Below, piece after piece: positions 44,721-60,683 of a stretch of DNA of 64,000 nt. The stretch spans positions 664,551 to 728,550 of the forward strand of contig NZ_CAXXPH010000001.1 of assembly GCF_963666255.2 (NCBI RefSeq). Reading direction: 5' to 3'. This DNA is from an uncultured Propionivibrio sp. GTDB taxonomy: Bacteria; Pseudomonadota; Gammaproteobacteria; Burkholderiales; Rhodocyclaceae. The notes under the pieces are model-generated. The model was not told where the DNA came from and did not search any database. It was given only the letters and a program-made list of their open reading frames with translations. The position numbers and the translations under genes are program-made. Each line of letters starts with the position of its first letter. Position 1 is the stretch's first letter.

Positions 44721-45998
44721 ATAGCCGAGGTGCCGCGGCAACCAGAGCGCAAGATCGGGCACGAAGGTCACCAGCAACATCATGCCGGCCATCGCCGCGA
44801 CCATCCACAACACCCAGGGCACGGTCGACTCCATCGACACGCCAGCCATGCGACAGGTGACCATCAGATTGACGCCGAGCGGCGGATGGAACTGTCCGAG
44901 CGCCATGTTCATCGTGATGATCACGCCGAACCAGACCAGATCCCAGTTGAAATGCAGCGCAATCGGCACCAGCAGCGGCAGGAAGATGAAGTAGATCGAA
45001 ATCGCATCGAGGAACATGCCGGCGATCAGCAACAGCAACTGGATGCTGAGCAGCATCGGAATTTCCGAGAGTCCGGTTCCGAGCAGCGCCGCCGCCAGAT
45101 GGTCAAAGGTGCCGAGCGTATTGCTCGCCCACGCGAAAACGCTGGCCAGCGCGACGACGGCGAGAATGACCGACGAAATTTCCGCCGACTCGACGAGCAC
45201 CTGATAGATATCCTTCCAGCTCAGGCTGCGATAGATCACCATGCCGACGAGCACGCCGTAAAAGACGGCGACGACGGCCGCCTCGGTCGGCGTAAACAGG
45301 CCGCTGCGCATGCCGCCGAGGATGATCACCGGCGCCAGCAGCCCCCAGCCGGCTTCCTTGAGACTCTGCCAGAACGGCGGCCGGGTTTCGCCCGGCGTTG
45401 CCTCGAAATTGTTCCTGACCGACAGCCACCAGGCGACCAGGATCAGCGTCAGCCCGGACAGGATGCCGGGAATCATGCCAGCGGCAAACAAGGCCGGCAC
45501 CGATGCCTGCGGCACCAGCAGGCTGTAGATGACAAATGCGATCGACGGCGGAATCAGGATGTCGGTCGACCCCGCTGCCGCGATGACGCCGGCAGTGAAG
45601 GAACGCGGATACCCGGCCTTGAGCATCGAGGGCAGCATGACGGCGCCGACGGCGGCCGAATCGGCCGGCCCCGACCCGGAAATGCCGCCGAGAATCATTG
45701 CCACCATGATCGCGACGATGGCGAGGCTGCCGCGCCGCTGACCGACCAGCGCCGAAGCGAAACGGACGATGGTGGCGGCGACGCCGGCACGCTCGAAGAT
45801 CAGCCCTGCAATGACGAAGACCGGAATCGCCATCAGCGGATACTTGGCGATGCCGGTGTAGACATTGGTCGGCAAGGACATCATGCCGAGGCCAGTCAGG
45901 GCAACGACAGCAGTGCCTGCAAGCCCCATGGCGACGGCCAGCGGCACGCCGGCGAACATCAGGACGCCGAACAGGCCGAACAACAACCAATCCATCAT
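44715..45998 (-). CDS. dctM: TRAP transporter large permease DctM
   Basis: GGISGSGPAD, LIPPSI, FTPTEAA, PPLGVNL. Confidence 0.93.
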   Translation of the reverse strand: MMDWLLFGLFGVLMFAGVPLAVAMGLAGTAVVALTGLGMMSLPTNVYTGIAKYPLMAIPVFVIAGLIFERAGVAATIVRFASALVGQRRGSLAIVAIMVAMILGGISGSGPADSAAVGAVMLPSMLKAGYPRSFTAGVIAAAGSTDILIPPSIAFVIYSLLVPQASVPALFAAGMIPGILSGLTLILVAWWLSVRNNFEATPGETRPPFWQSLKEAGWGLLAPVIILGGMRSGLFTPTEAAVVAVFYGVLVGMVIYRSLSWKDIYQVLVESAEISSVILAVVALASVFAWASNTLGTFDHLAAALLGTGLSEIPMLLSIQLLLLIAGMFLDAISIYFIFLPLLVPIALHFNWDLVWFGVIITMNMALGQFHPPLGVNLMVTCRMAGVSMESTVPWVLWMVAAMAGMMLLVTFVPDLALWLPRHLGYL

Positions 45999-46486
45999 GA
46001 CGAGCGCCTCCGCAGGGAAGCGAGCAGACGGACGACAATCAGCGCCGAGAGCAGCGGTAACCAGATTGTGTAGAGCCACTGCGGAACGCCGAGCGAGGGC
46101 GAAGTCACCTCGAAGTCATAGTCATCCCAGGCCATCAGGACGCCGTAAGCACAGAGCACCGTAAACATCACCAGCGAACAGAGCGTCGCGAAACGCTGCG
46201 ACCAGACTCGCGCGCGGGTGCTGCCGCTGACGAAGAAGGTGATGGCGATATGATGATTCGTGGCGAAGGCGTGCGAGGCGCCAACCAGCGTCATCACCAC
46301 CAGCAGCGCCACCGAAATCTCCTCGGTGAAGGCGAACGATATGTCCGTGAAATAACGGACCAGCACGTTCGCCATCGTCAGCACGCACAACAGGCCCATC
46401 GAGCCTGCCATCAACAGGCGCTCGACACGCCCGAGCGACGAACGGGCGCCCGAGGCGCCCGCCGTTTCCTTGCTTGCCTCGTTCAT
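45995..46486 (-). CDS. dctQ: TRAP transporter small permease DctQ
   Basis: ANVLVRY, FTEE, HIAI. Four TM segments, between dctP and dctM. Confidence 0.9.
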   Translation of the reverse strand: MNEASKETAGASGARSSLGRVERLLMAGSMGLLCVLTMANVLVRYFTDISFAFTEEISVALLVVMTLVGASHAFATNHHIAITFFVSGSTRARVWSQRFATLCSLVMFTVLCAYGVLMAWDDYDFEVTSPSLGVPQWLYTIWLPLLSALIVVRLLASLRRRSS

Positions 46487-46487
46487 A

Positions 46488-47504
46488 TCAGCGCTTGGCG
46501 ATGGCCGCTTCGGCCTTTTTCACCAGATCGGCGCCGATGGTCTTTGCCCACTTGTCGTAAACCGGCCGCGTCGCCTTGACGAAGGCATCGCGCTGCGCCG
46601 CCGTCGGTTCGGTCACCGACACACCGGAGGCCTCGATCTGCTTGAGGATGGCATTGTCCTTGCCGGCGATGCCCTTGCGCGCCTTCTCGACGTTCTCGCG
46701 ACCGGCCTGCAGCGCAGCCTGGCGGACCGCATCACGATCGGCCGGCGTCCAGCTTTCCCAGACCTGCTTGTTGACGACGAAAATCAGCGGGTCGGCGACG
46801 TAATGCCAGAGCGTCAGATGCTTCTGCCCGACGGTCGGCAGTTTCGCGGCAACGAAGACCGACAGGGGATTTTCCTGGCCATCGACGGCCCCCGACGCCA
46901 GTGCCGGCTGCGCGTCGGCCCAGCTCATCTGGGTCGGATTGGCACCCAGCGCGGAAAACGTTTCGTTGTAGAGCGGCGACCCGACGACACGGAATTTGAG
47001 GCCCTTCATATCGGCCGGCGAGACGATCGGACGTTTCGAGTTCGACATCTCGCGGAAGCCGTTCTCGCCCCAGGCGAGCGGCACCACTTCGCGCTTTTCG
47101 AGCACGGCGAACAGATCCTTGCCGACCTCGCCCTGCGTCAGGGCATCGATCGCCTTGTAGTCGGGCATCAGGAAGGGGAGCGAAAAGAGGTTGAGTTCCT
47201 TGATCTGCGGCGACCAGTTGATCGTCGACCCGACCGCCAGATCGATCACGCCCTGGCGGATCGCGGTAAATTCGCGGGTCTGGTCGCCGCCGACCAGCGA
47301 AGCGCCGGGATAGAGCTTGATGTTGATGCGCCCTTGCGTCTTTTCCTTGACGAGTTCAGCCCAGCGCTCACCGGCCTGTCCCCAGGTAAACGCGGTATTC
47401 AGCACCGTCGACAGCCGGTACTCGGCACGATAGGTCTGGGCCATGACGGCACCGCACAGCAGCGAACCGGCCAGCACGACGGCGGCCCCGAAAGATTTGC
47501 GCAT
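46488..47504 (-). CDS. dctP: TRAP transporter solute-binding protein DctP
   Basis: Signal peptide, WGENGFRE, GLKFRV (conserved Arg), VDGQENP. Confidence 0.93.
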   Translation of the reverse strand: MRKSFGAAVVLAGSLLCGAVMAQTYRAEYRLSTVLNTAFTWGQAGERWAELVKEKTQGRINIKLYPGASLVGGDQTREFTAIRQGVIDLAVGSTINWSPQIKELNLFSLPFLMPDYKAIDALTQGEVGKDLFAVLEKREVVPLAWGENGFREMSNSKRPIVSPADMKGLKFRVVGSPLYNETFSALGANPTQMSWADAQPALASGAVDGQENPLSVFVAAKLPTVGQKHLTLWHYVADPLIFVVNKQVWESWTPADRDAVRQAALQAGRENVEKARKGIAGKDNAILKQIEASGVSVTEPTAAQRDAFVKATRPVYDKWAKTIGADLVKKAEAAIAKR

Positions 47505-47608
47505 CACAGCCCCTCCTTGGTTTAGGAACGAGGGCCGATTATGCAGGCGAGGCACGACCGGCGCAAGGAACGCGAAGTAAAGACGCTGGGATAAACCGTC
47601 GGGATGGA

Positions 47609-49135
47609 TCAGCGCCAGGGCGGCGTCGCGTCGAGGAAGCGTTTGATCTCGGCGTCGAACAGGCCGGACAGCAGTTGCATCCGCCCGGCAATCCAGCCCG
47701 ATACCAGCGAATCGGTGGTACCAGCCGTCCGCAGTTCGGCGATTAGCCGCGTTGCGGTTACCTGATCGTGATAGGCGCCGGCGGTTTCCTGCAACCGCGC
47801 CAGCAAGGCCTGATAGCGTGACTGCTCGGCACGCGGCAGCAGCGGTGCAAAGAAATCGAGCGCATAGCGCAGCTTCTTCAGCTCGATCCGCAAGCAATGC
47901 CGGTGCTCGGCCGTCGCCGGTGCGCACTGACGTGCCAGGACGACTGCCTTCTTCCACTGCCGTTGCAGCCGATCGGCGGCGAAGCGCCGTGGTTTCGTCA
48001 CGGCTTCCGGCGCTGCAAGGGCGGCGATGGTCGGCTCCGACTGGCGCAACAGCGCCGCCGAGAATGCCAGCAGCAAGCGGCTGTATTCGCTGCGTTTCAG
48101 CGTGCCGGCGGCGGCAGCGTCGGCGGTGAGGCGACGCGCCTGCGCCGCCTCGCGCAGGAAAGAAAGCTCGGCATGGCCAGGGAACGCGGCCTCAAGCGGG
48201 GCCAGGGTTTCGGCCAGCAGCACGTCCCAGTCGCGCGCCCGGCCGAGTTGTTCGCCGAGCCGCTTCCAGCGCGGCAGGTAGGTAGCGACGAAATCCGGCG
48301 AGAGCACCGGCTCGAAGATGCGAAATGCCGAACGCAAACGACGGATCGCCACCCGCGCCTGGTGGACGTACTCGGGGTCTCGCCCGGCAATCGCGCCGGC
48401 TTCGTTGCGTTGCAAATGCACGAGACAGGCGGCTGCGGCAACACGAAACGCCTCGACCGGCGTCGCCTCGCGCCCGATCCGCACCGTCGCGGCGCGCAGC
48501 GGCGGCGCCACCGTCCCGGCGGCAAGCGCATAACCGCGCTCGGCCTTGCTGACAATCTCGGGATGCAGATGAAATTCGGCCGCCAGATCGATGGCCAAAT
48601 CAAACAACGCGTCACTCGATTGGCCTTGCAGCAATTCGATTTCGACTTCACAGATCGTTTCGCGAACTTCCCGATGCTCGCCGGAAACCGTGGTTGCCTT
48701 GACCCAGCCGCGATCGAGCGCCAGTTCAACGGTCGCTTCGGGCGAGGTCAGCCGCCAGGCTGTCCGCAGAAAATCGGTGGTAAAGACGGGCAGCAGATCG
48801 GCGCGACGCACTTCCAGAAAGGCGCGCAACTCCGGATCGCCGACGATGCCGAAATCGAAGCATCCGGGCGCAGTCGGCGCCTCCCATTCGCGCCGTTGCG
48901 CCAGACCGCCCGCCCCCGCATCGCCGCCCTTGACGGTCATGCGCCAGTCGTTCGCCCCCTGCCGCCGCAGCCGCAAGGCAATACCGCGGGCCCGCAATTC
49001 AAGGCCGGGCGTATCGTAATAGGTGTTGAACAGCTGTTTCTTTTCCGCCACGAGGCCGGCCAGGCGCGGGCTGAGCGACAGCCTCTTACCCTGCGCCGGT
49101 GACAAGCGGAGCTTCAACTCGATTTCACGGGACAT
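47609..49135 (-). CDS. CYTH-CHAD protein (YgiF-like inorganic triphosphatase / polyphosphate-binding)
   Basis: REIELKL (ExExK), YYDTP, ELALDRG, EVEIEL; CHAD motifs HQARVAIRRLRS and H.LRIELKKLRY. Confidence 0.9.
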   Translation of the reverse strand: MSREIELKLRLSPAQGKRLSLSPRLAGLVAEKKQLFNTYYDTPGLELRARGIALRLRRQGANDWRMTVKGGDAGAGGLAQRREWEAPTAPGCFDFGIVGDPELRAFLEVRRADLLPVFTTDFLRTAWRLTSPEATVELALDRGWVKATTVSGEHREVRETICEVEIELLQGQSSDALFDLAIDLAAEFHLHPEIVSKAERGYALAAGTVAPPLRAATVRIGREATPVEAFRVAAAACLVHLQRNEAGAIAGRDPEYVHQARVAIRRLRSAFRIFEPVLSPDFVATYLPRWKRLGEQLGRARDWDVLLAETLAPLEAAFPGHAELSFLREAAQARRLTADAAAAGTLKRSEYSRLLLAFSAALLRQSEPTIAALAAPEAVTKPRRFAADRLQRQWKKAVVLARQCAPATAEHRHCLRIELKKLRYALDFFAPLLPRAEQSRYQALLARLQETAGAYHDQVTATRLIAELRTAGTTDSLVSGWIAGRMQLLSGLFDAEIKRFLDATPPWR

Positions 49136-49234
49136 GCGCGGCCCTGACGGGATTTCCAGTGGGAACCCGTTCAGCCTAGCAGAAAGAAAAAGCACTGTCT
49201 GTTGCGGTCAGCCGCAACGACGGATCGCTCCTGC

Positions 49235-50056
49235 TCAGCCGGCCGTCAGCGCCAGCCAGACAGCCAGCGCATCACGCGTCTCGGCAACATCGTGGACGCG
49301 CAGGATGCGCGCGCCCCGCTCCGCCGCCAACATGGCAGCGGCAACGCTGGCTGCGACACGATCGCCAACCGGGCGACCGGTGATTGCGCCGAGCATCGAC
49401 TTGCGCGACATGCCGGCCAGCACCGGTAGGCCGGTCGCCGAAAAGCGCTCGAGCGCGCGCAACAGGTCGAGATTATGCGCCAGCGACTTGCCGAAGCCGA
49501 AGCCCGGATCGAGCACGATGCGTTCGCGCGCAATGCCGGCCGCCTCCGCGGCAGCGACGCGCGCGTCGAGAAAAGCCGCCACCTCGGCGACGACATCGAC
49601 ATAGTCCGGCGTCGCCTGCATGGTCAGCGGCTCGCCCTGCATGTGCATCAGGCAGATGGCGCAGTCACTGGCCGCGACCGCTTCCAGCGCGCCGGGCATG
49701 CGCAACGCATAGATGTCGTTGATCATCGCGGCGCCCGCCGCCAGGGCTGCTCGCATGACTTCCGGCTTGTAGGTGTCGATCGAAATGGGTACGCCGCAAC
49801 CGGCCAGGCGGTCGAGCACCGGCAACAGGCGGTCGAGTTCCTCGGCCTGCGACGTCGGTTGCGCGCCGGGACGCGAGGACTCCGCGCCGATGTCGAGCAG
49901 ATCGGCGCCGGCCTCGATCTGGTGCCAGGCATGCGCGACGGCACGGTCGACGTCCTGGGTGAGACCGTCGCCCGAAAACGAGTCCGGCGTCAGATTGACG
50001 ATGCCCATCACCAGCGGGCGGCTCTGGGGCAACGCAAATGAAGCGCAATGGCGCAT
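49235..50056 (-). CDS. folP: Dihydropteroate synthase
   Basis: MGIVNLTPDSFS, DIGAESSRPG, LDPGFGFGKS, SRKS, RVHDV. Confidence 0.96.
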   Translation of the reverse strand: MRHCASFALPQSRPLVMGIVNLTPDSFSGDGLTQDVDRAVAHAWHQIEAGADLLDIGAESSRPGAQPTSQAEELDRLLPVLDRLAGCGVPISIDTYKPEVMRAALAAGAAMINDIYALRMPGALEAVAASDCAICLMHMQGEPLTMQATPDYVDVVAEVAAFLDARVAAAEAAGIARERIVLDPGFGFGKSLAHNLDLLRALERFSATGLPVLAGMSRKSMLGAITGRPVGDRVAASVAAAMLAAERGARILRVHDVAETRDALAVWLALTAG

Positions 50057-50076
50057 GTTTGACTCCTCAACAATGC

Positions 50077-50102
50077 AAAACGGGGGAGTTGCCTCCCCCG
50101 TT
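50077..50102 (-). terminator. Terminator hairpin after ftsH
   Basis: CGGGGGAG-TTGC-CTCCCCCG with TTTT on the minus strand. Confidence 0.7.
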
Positions 50103-50125
50103 GTTCGCAACCAGAATGTCGTCGA

Positions 50126-52009
<1,884 letters not shown>

Positions 52010-52224
52010 AGCACATCCTTCTGCGTACCGCTTCCGTCGTCATCGACGGCAGCCCGATCATGCGAAAGTCCTGATTGTATATCGTTCGCGCCGTTTTCGG
52101 CAGGAAGCCCGCACACTTCAGCAAAGCTTCCGACGACGCCAACGCCTTCAAACTGCTCTTGTCCAACCACTTCAACCGCCCAGCACCCCCATCAGGCTGC
52201 CGTCAAACCCGATTCAAGCCGCTT

Positions 52225-52848
52225 TCAAGCCGCTTTTAACCCTTTTCCCAGCAAATACACCTCGGCGCTGCGGCCACGTGACGCATCCGGCTTGCGTGTC
52301 GCCACGCTGGCAAACGTCCGCCGCATCTCGCCGACGAATTCCTCGTAGCCATAGCCCTGAAAAACTTTGACCAGAAACGCCCCGTCAGGTTTCAGCCAGC
52401 GCTGAGAAAACTCGAGCCCAAGCTCGGCAAGGTGCATGACGCGGGCCTGATCCGACACCGGCACCCCTGAGATATTGGGGGCCATATCCGAAAGCACAAG
52501 CCCCACCCGCTCGCCCTGCAGCAGATTTTCCAGCGCGGCCAGTACGTTCTCCTCGCGAAAATCGCCCTGGATCACGGTCACGCCCGGCAAGCCCGCCATT
52601 TCCAGCAGGTCGAGCGCAACGACGCGCCCCCTGCCCTTCATCCGTTGCGCCGCGACCTGCGACCAGCCCCCCGGCGCCGCGCCAAGATCGACGACGACAT
52701 CGCCGGGACGGATCAGACGATCGCGATCGTCGATCTCCATGAGCTTGTACGAGGCCCGCGAGCGATAGCCTTCGGCCTTGGCGCGCTGGACGAAAGGGTC
52801 GCTGACATGCTCGTGCATCCAGGCTTTGCTGGTTCTGGTTCGTTTCAT
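52225..52848 (-). CDS. rlmE: 23S rRNA Um2552 methyltransferase RlmE (FtsJ)
   Basis: [31 protein letters not shown]. Confidence 0.96.
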   Translation of the reverse strand: MKRTRTSKAWMHEHVSDPFVQRAKAEGYRSRASYKLMEIDDRDRLIRPGDVVVDLGAAPGGWSQVAAQRMKGRGRVVALDLLEMAGLPGVTVIQGDFREENVLAALENLLQGERVGLVLSDMAPNISGVPVSDQARVMHLAELGLEFSQRWLKPDGAFLVKVFQGYGYEEFVGEMRRTFASVATRKPDASRGRSAEVYLLGKGLKAA

Positions 52849-52893
52849 TGCCTCAAACCCTGTAAAATACGTGTTTTGCTAAGGTCTTCACGC

Positions 52894-53250
52894 ATGCTCG
52901 ACATCACTTCAGAACAGCGCCGCGCCCTGCGCGCCCGTGCCCACGGTCTCAACCCGGTCGTTTCGATCGCCCAGAACGGTCTCAGCGAGTCCGTCATGCG
53001 CGAAATCGCGCACAGCCTCGACAGTCACGAACTGATCAAGATCCGCGTCTACAACGATGTCCGCGAAGAGCGCGAGACCTACCTGAAGACGATTTGCGAC
53101 GAACTCGGCGCCGCGCCGGTGCAGCACATTGGCAAGCTGCTGGTCGTCTGGCGCCCGGCCCCCGAGGAAGCGGCACCGGCCAAGGCACGCCCGGCGGTCC
53201 GCCGCGCCCGCAGCGAGCCGCGACGCAGCAAGCGAAGCTTCCAGAACTGA
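52894..53250 (+). CDS. yhbY: Ribosome assembly RNA-binding protein YhbY (CRM domain)
   Basis: LRARAH.LNPVV, HELIKIRV, QHIGKLLVVWR. Basic C-terminal tail. Confidence 0.92.
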   Translation: MLDITSEQRRALRARAHGLNPVVSIAQNGLSESVMREIAHSLDSHELIKIRVYNDVREERETYLKTICDELGAAPVQHIGKLLVVWRPAPEEAAPAKARPAVRRARSEPRRSKRSFQN

Positions 53251-53267
53251 GGGGCCGGCAGCGGGCC

Positions 53268-53290
53268 GCGGCAACTGTTGCAGTTGCCGC
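53268..53290. terminator. Perfect 10-bp hairpin between convergent yhbY and greA
   Basis: GCGGCAACTG-TTG-CAGTTGCCGC. No U-tract on either side. Confidence 0.5.
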
Positions 53291-53311
53291 ATCGGACGCC
53301 GCACTGAACGC

Positions 53312-53788
53312 TTATTCGTAGCGGACCTCAAGCACTTCATATTCGCGCAAACCGCCCGGAGCCTGTACCTGGGCGATGTCGCCGGCATACTTGCCGATCA
53401 GCGCCCGGGCGATCGGCGAGTTCACCGAGATCTTGCCTTTCTTGATATCGGCCTCGTCTTCGCCGACGATCTGATAGGTCACCAGATCGCCGGAATCCTG
53501 ATCCTCGATATCGACGGTCGAGCCGAAAACGCAGCGACCATCAGCATCGAGCAGCGCCGGATCGATGACCTGGGCGTTCGACAGTTTGCCCTCGACTTCC
53601 TTGATCCGCCCTTCGATGAAGGCCTGGCGCTCCTTGGCGGCATCGTATTCGGCGTTTTCGGACAGATCGCCGTAGGAACGCGCCTCGGCGATCGCCGCGA
53701 TGACATTGGGACGATCCACGGCTTTCAGATGCTGGAGTTCGGCACGCAGCTTTTCGGCACCAGCGATGGTCAATGGGACCTTGTTCAT
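53312..53788 (-). CDS. greA: Transcription elongation factor GreA
   Basis: [30 protein letters not shown]. Confidence 0.96.
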   Translation of the reverse strand: MNKVPLTIAGAEKLRAELQHLKAVDRPNVIAAIAEARSYGDLSENAEYDAAKERQAFIEGRIKEVEGKLSNAQVIDPALLDADGRCVFGSTVDIEDQDSGDLVTYQIVGEDEADIKKGKISVNSPIARALIGKYAGDIAQVQAPGGLREYEVLEVRYE

Positions 53789-53805
53789 ATTTTCACCACC
53801 AAAGC

Positions 53806-53844
53806 AAAACCGCCGGCCCGTACGCAACGGGGTTTCCGGCGGTT
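53806..53844 (-). terminator. Terminator-like hairpin in the carB-greA spacer
   Basis: AACCGCCGG/CCGGCGGTT outer stem plus CCCGT/ACGGG inner stem, followed by TTTT on the minus strand. Confidence 0.65.
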
Positions 53845-53853
53845 AAAGGGTTA

Positions 53854-57060
<3,207 letters not shown>

Positions 57061-57063
57061 GAG

Positions 57064-58224
57064 TTACTTTCCCTCGGCCTTCTTGTCTTGCATGAGCTTA
57101 ATGAAACGGTCAAAGAGATAGGCGACGTCGTGCGGCCCCGGACTCGCTTCCGGGTGTCCCTGGAACGAGAAGGCCGGCACGTCCGTGCGCGCGAGGCCCT
57201 GCAGCGAGCCGTCGAACAACGACACATGCGTCGGCCGGACATTCGCCGGCAGCGTCTCGGCATCGACTGCGAAGCCGTGGTTCTGGCTGGTGATCATCAC
57301 CTGTTGCGTATCGAGGTCCTTGACCGGATGGTTGGCGCCATGGTGACCAAACTTCATTTTCACCGTCTTGGCACCGGACGCCAGCGCCAGCAACTGGTGA
57401 CCGAGACAGATGCCGTAGGTCGGAATGCCCTTGGCCAGCAACTCGCGGATCGCCGCGATCGCGTAATCGCAAGGCTCGGGATCGCCCGGGCCGTTCGACA
57501 GGAAAATCCCGTCCGGATTATATTTGAGCACCTCGGTAGCCGGCGTCTGCGCCGGCACCACGGTCACCTTGCAACCGCGCTCGGCGAGCATGCGCAGGAT
57601 GTTACGCTTGACGCCGTAGTCGAAGGCGACGACATGGTAGTTCGGCGCCGCGCCATCGACGTAGCCCTTGAGCGTCCAGGTGCCCGCGTTCCATTCGTAG
57701 GGCGTGTCGACCGAGACCACTTTCGCGAGGTCCATGCCCGCCAGCCCCGGGAAGGCACGGGCTTCCGCCAGCGCGCGCGCTTCGTCGAGCGTTTCCGACG
57801 GCGCCCCGGCAAGGATGCAGCCGGCTTGCGCCCCTTTCTCACGCAGGATCCGCGTCAGCTTGCGCGTGTCGATGCCAGCGATGGCGACGATGCCGTGTTT
57901 CTTCAGGTAATCCGGCAGCGTCTGCTGCAGACGCCAGCTTTCGGCGCGCAGCGGCAGATCACGGATAACGAGACCGGCGGCATAGTTGGCGCGCGACTCG
58001 AAATCCTCGTCGTTGCAGCCGACATTACCGATATGCGGATAGGTCAGCGTGACGATCTGGCGGCAATAGGACGGATCGGTCAGGATTTCCTGATAACCGG
58101 TCATGGCCGTATTGAACACGACTTCGCCGCTGGTCGAACCGGCGGCACCGATTGCGTAGCCGCGGAAGATGGTTCCGTCGGCCAGCACAAGAATCGCGGG
58201 CGGAAGAGAGGGTAACAACGACAC
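57064..58224 (-). CDS. carA: Carbamoyl-phosphate synthase small subunit
   Basis: [41 protein letters not shown] and GTG start. Confidence 0.97.
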   Translation of the reverse strand: MSLLPSLPPAILVLADGTIFRGYAIGAAGSTSGEVVFNTAMTGYQEILTDPSYCRQIVTLTYPHIGNVGCNDEDFESRANYAAGLVIRDLPLRAESWRLQQTLPDYLKKHGIVAIAGIDTRKLTRILREKGAQAGCILAGAPSETLDEARALAEARAFPGLAGMDLAKVVSVDTPYEWNAGTWTLKGYVDGAAPNYHVVAFDYGVKRNILRMLAERGCKVTVVPAQTPATEVLKYNPDGIFLSNGPGDPEPCDYAIAAIRELLAKGIPTYGICLGHQLLALASGAKTVKMKFGHHGANHPVKDLDTQQVMITSQNHGFAVDAETLPANVRPTHVSLFDGSLQGLARTDVPAFSFQGHPEASPGPHDVAYLFDRFIKLMQDKKAEGK

Positions 58225-58255
58225 GTAGGACTCCTGTTCCGTGGCTTAGATATGC

Positions 58256-58285
58256 AAAAGCGGGAGGGCGTTCAGCCCTCCCGCT
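58256..58285 (-). terminator. Strong terminator hairpin in the carA leader
   Basis: AGCGGGAGGGC-TGAAC-GCCCTCCCGCT then TTTG on the minus strand. Confidence 0.8.
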
Positions 58286-58305
58286 AACTTTCTGAAAACC
58301 TTGAG

Positions 58306-58334
58306 ATTATAGCTCAAGCGCCAGCCGCCGGCAA
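58306..58334 (-). promoter_or_regulatory. Sigma70 promoter TTGCCG-N17-TATAAT for carAB
   Basis: Consensus -10, near-consensus -35, exact 17-bp spacing. Transcript would begin GGTTTT. Confidence 0.75.
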
Positions 58335-58391
58335 TCGCCGGACAGCGACAAGGACGCCGCAAACGCCCGGGAACTCCAGATTTTCGGGCGT

Positions 58392-59676
<1,285 letters not shown>

Positions 59677-59772
59677 GCGCGGGAGTTCTTCGCTGGTTTC
59701 GGAGATGCAGGCGCGGGCAATTACCCGCGGCACTGCGCCGGAGGCCGTATCATACCCGAAAACCCGTCGGCA

Positions 59773-60393
59773 TCAGGCGAAGAGATCGAGCGTCGAACCG
59801 ATACTGGTTTGCGTCGCGGACTGCTGCACGGCACGGTAGAACACGACAGAGTTCGCGGCTGATCCGGACGAAGCTGACGGCGCCGACCCGGACGACGAGG
59901 ACGCCTGGGACTGCTGCGCCTGCACTTCGCCGCGCGCCTTGGCCTCCATCTGGGTGGCGATACTGGCCACGCCGCGATCCTGCGGCGAAGGATCGGCCGG
60001 GGCCAGCGCCGTCGCCCGGATGTGCTGCGCCTTTGGAATCGTTTCCTCGGGCGTCTTGGCCGGCGTGGTGTCGATCGACACTTCCCCCGCAACGGCATAG
60101 CGCTTCTGGTCTGGCCCGATCGTATAGGAATAACTTGCGCCGCCGCGAATAAGTTCGCCGCCGACAGCAATATGGGCTTGTTCGTGGCGATGTACACGCG
60201 CATCGGTTTGCTTGAGCGCCTCGATTTCGCGTTGCTGCTCCGCAGTCAACGTTTCCTGCGGCTGCGCCTTTACCCGACTCGACGCGACGGTGACGGCGAC
60301 TTCCTGCGCCCACGTCTGCGCATCGGTACGCGCAAGCACACCGTACTGAAACTTCGCCGAAGCAGAGTTCGTTGAAACGCCGCCGATCATCAT
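59773..60393 (-). CDS. SprA-related family protein, putative metalloprotease (HExxH)
   Basis: D..V..HEQAH.AVGG, GPD.KRYAVAGEV.ID, ALAPADPSPQD..VA. Confidence 0.8.
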   Translation of the reverse strand: MMIGGVSTNSASAKFQYGVLARTDAQTWAQEVAVTVASSRVKAQPQETLTAEQQREIEALKQTDARVHRHEQAHIAVGGELIRGGASYSYTIGPDQKRYAVAGEVSIDTTPAKTPEETIPKAQHIRATALAPADPSPQDRGVASIATQMEAKARGEVQAQQSQASSSSGSAPSASSGSAANSVVFYRAVQQSATQTSIGSTLDLFA

Positions 60394-60683
60394 TCGGAAG
60401 GCCCCGACACGTCACCGGAATACAGTCACAGGATAGCCGATAAGCCGATGATTTTCCACCGCAAAGACCACGCCAAAAGCGACACCCGCCCCCGGTGAGG
60501 CCGAACCACCCGAATCACAGGCGCTGAAGGTGAATGAAGCCGGGCAGCTTGCGCTATAATGCGCCGTTCCGCTTTATCGACAGGCGCCAGACATCTTCTG
60601 CCCAAGTGGCTGTGTCGCATGCGATCGCCTGCCTTTCACCCCAACCGCTGCGCCAAGCTTCACCGCGCTTTGACGAAAACCGG

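Noticed and set aside
52170-52192. Sigma32-like CTTCAA...CCCCAT in the rlmE-ftsH spacer
   Set aside because: Wrong strand for ftsH and an 11-nt spacer, too short.
60436-60443. Sigma28 -10 element GCCGATAA
   Set aside because: No TAAA-type -35 at the right distance, and it faces away from the SprA-like gene.
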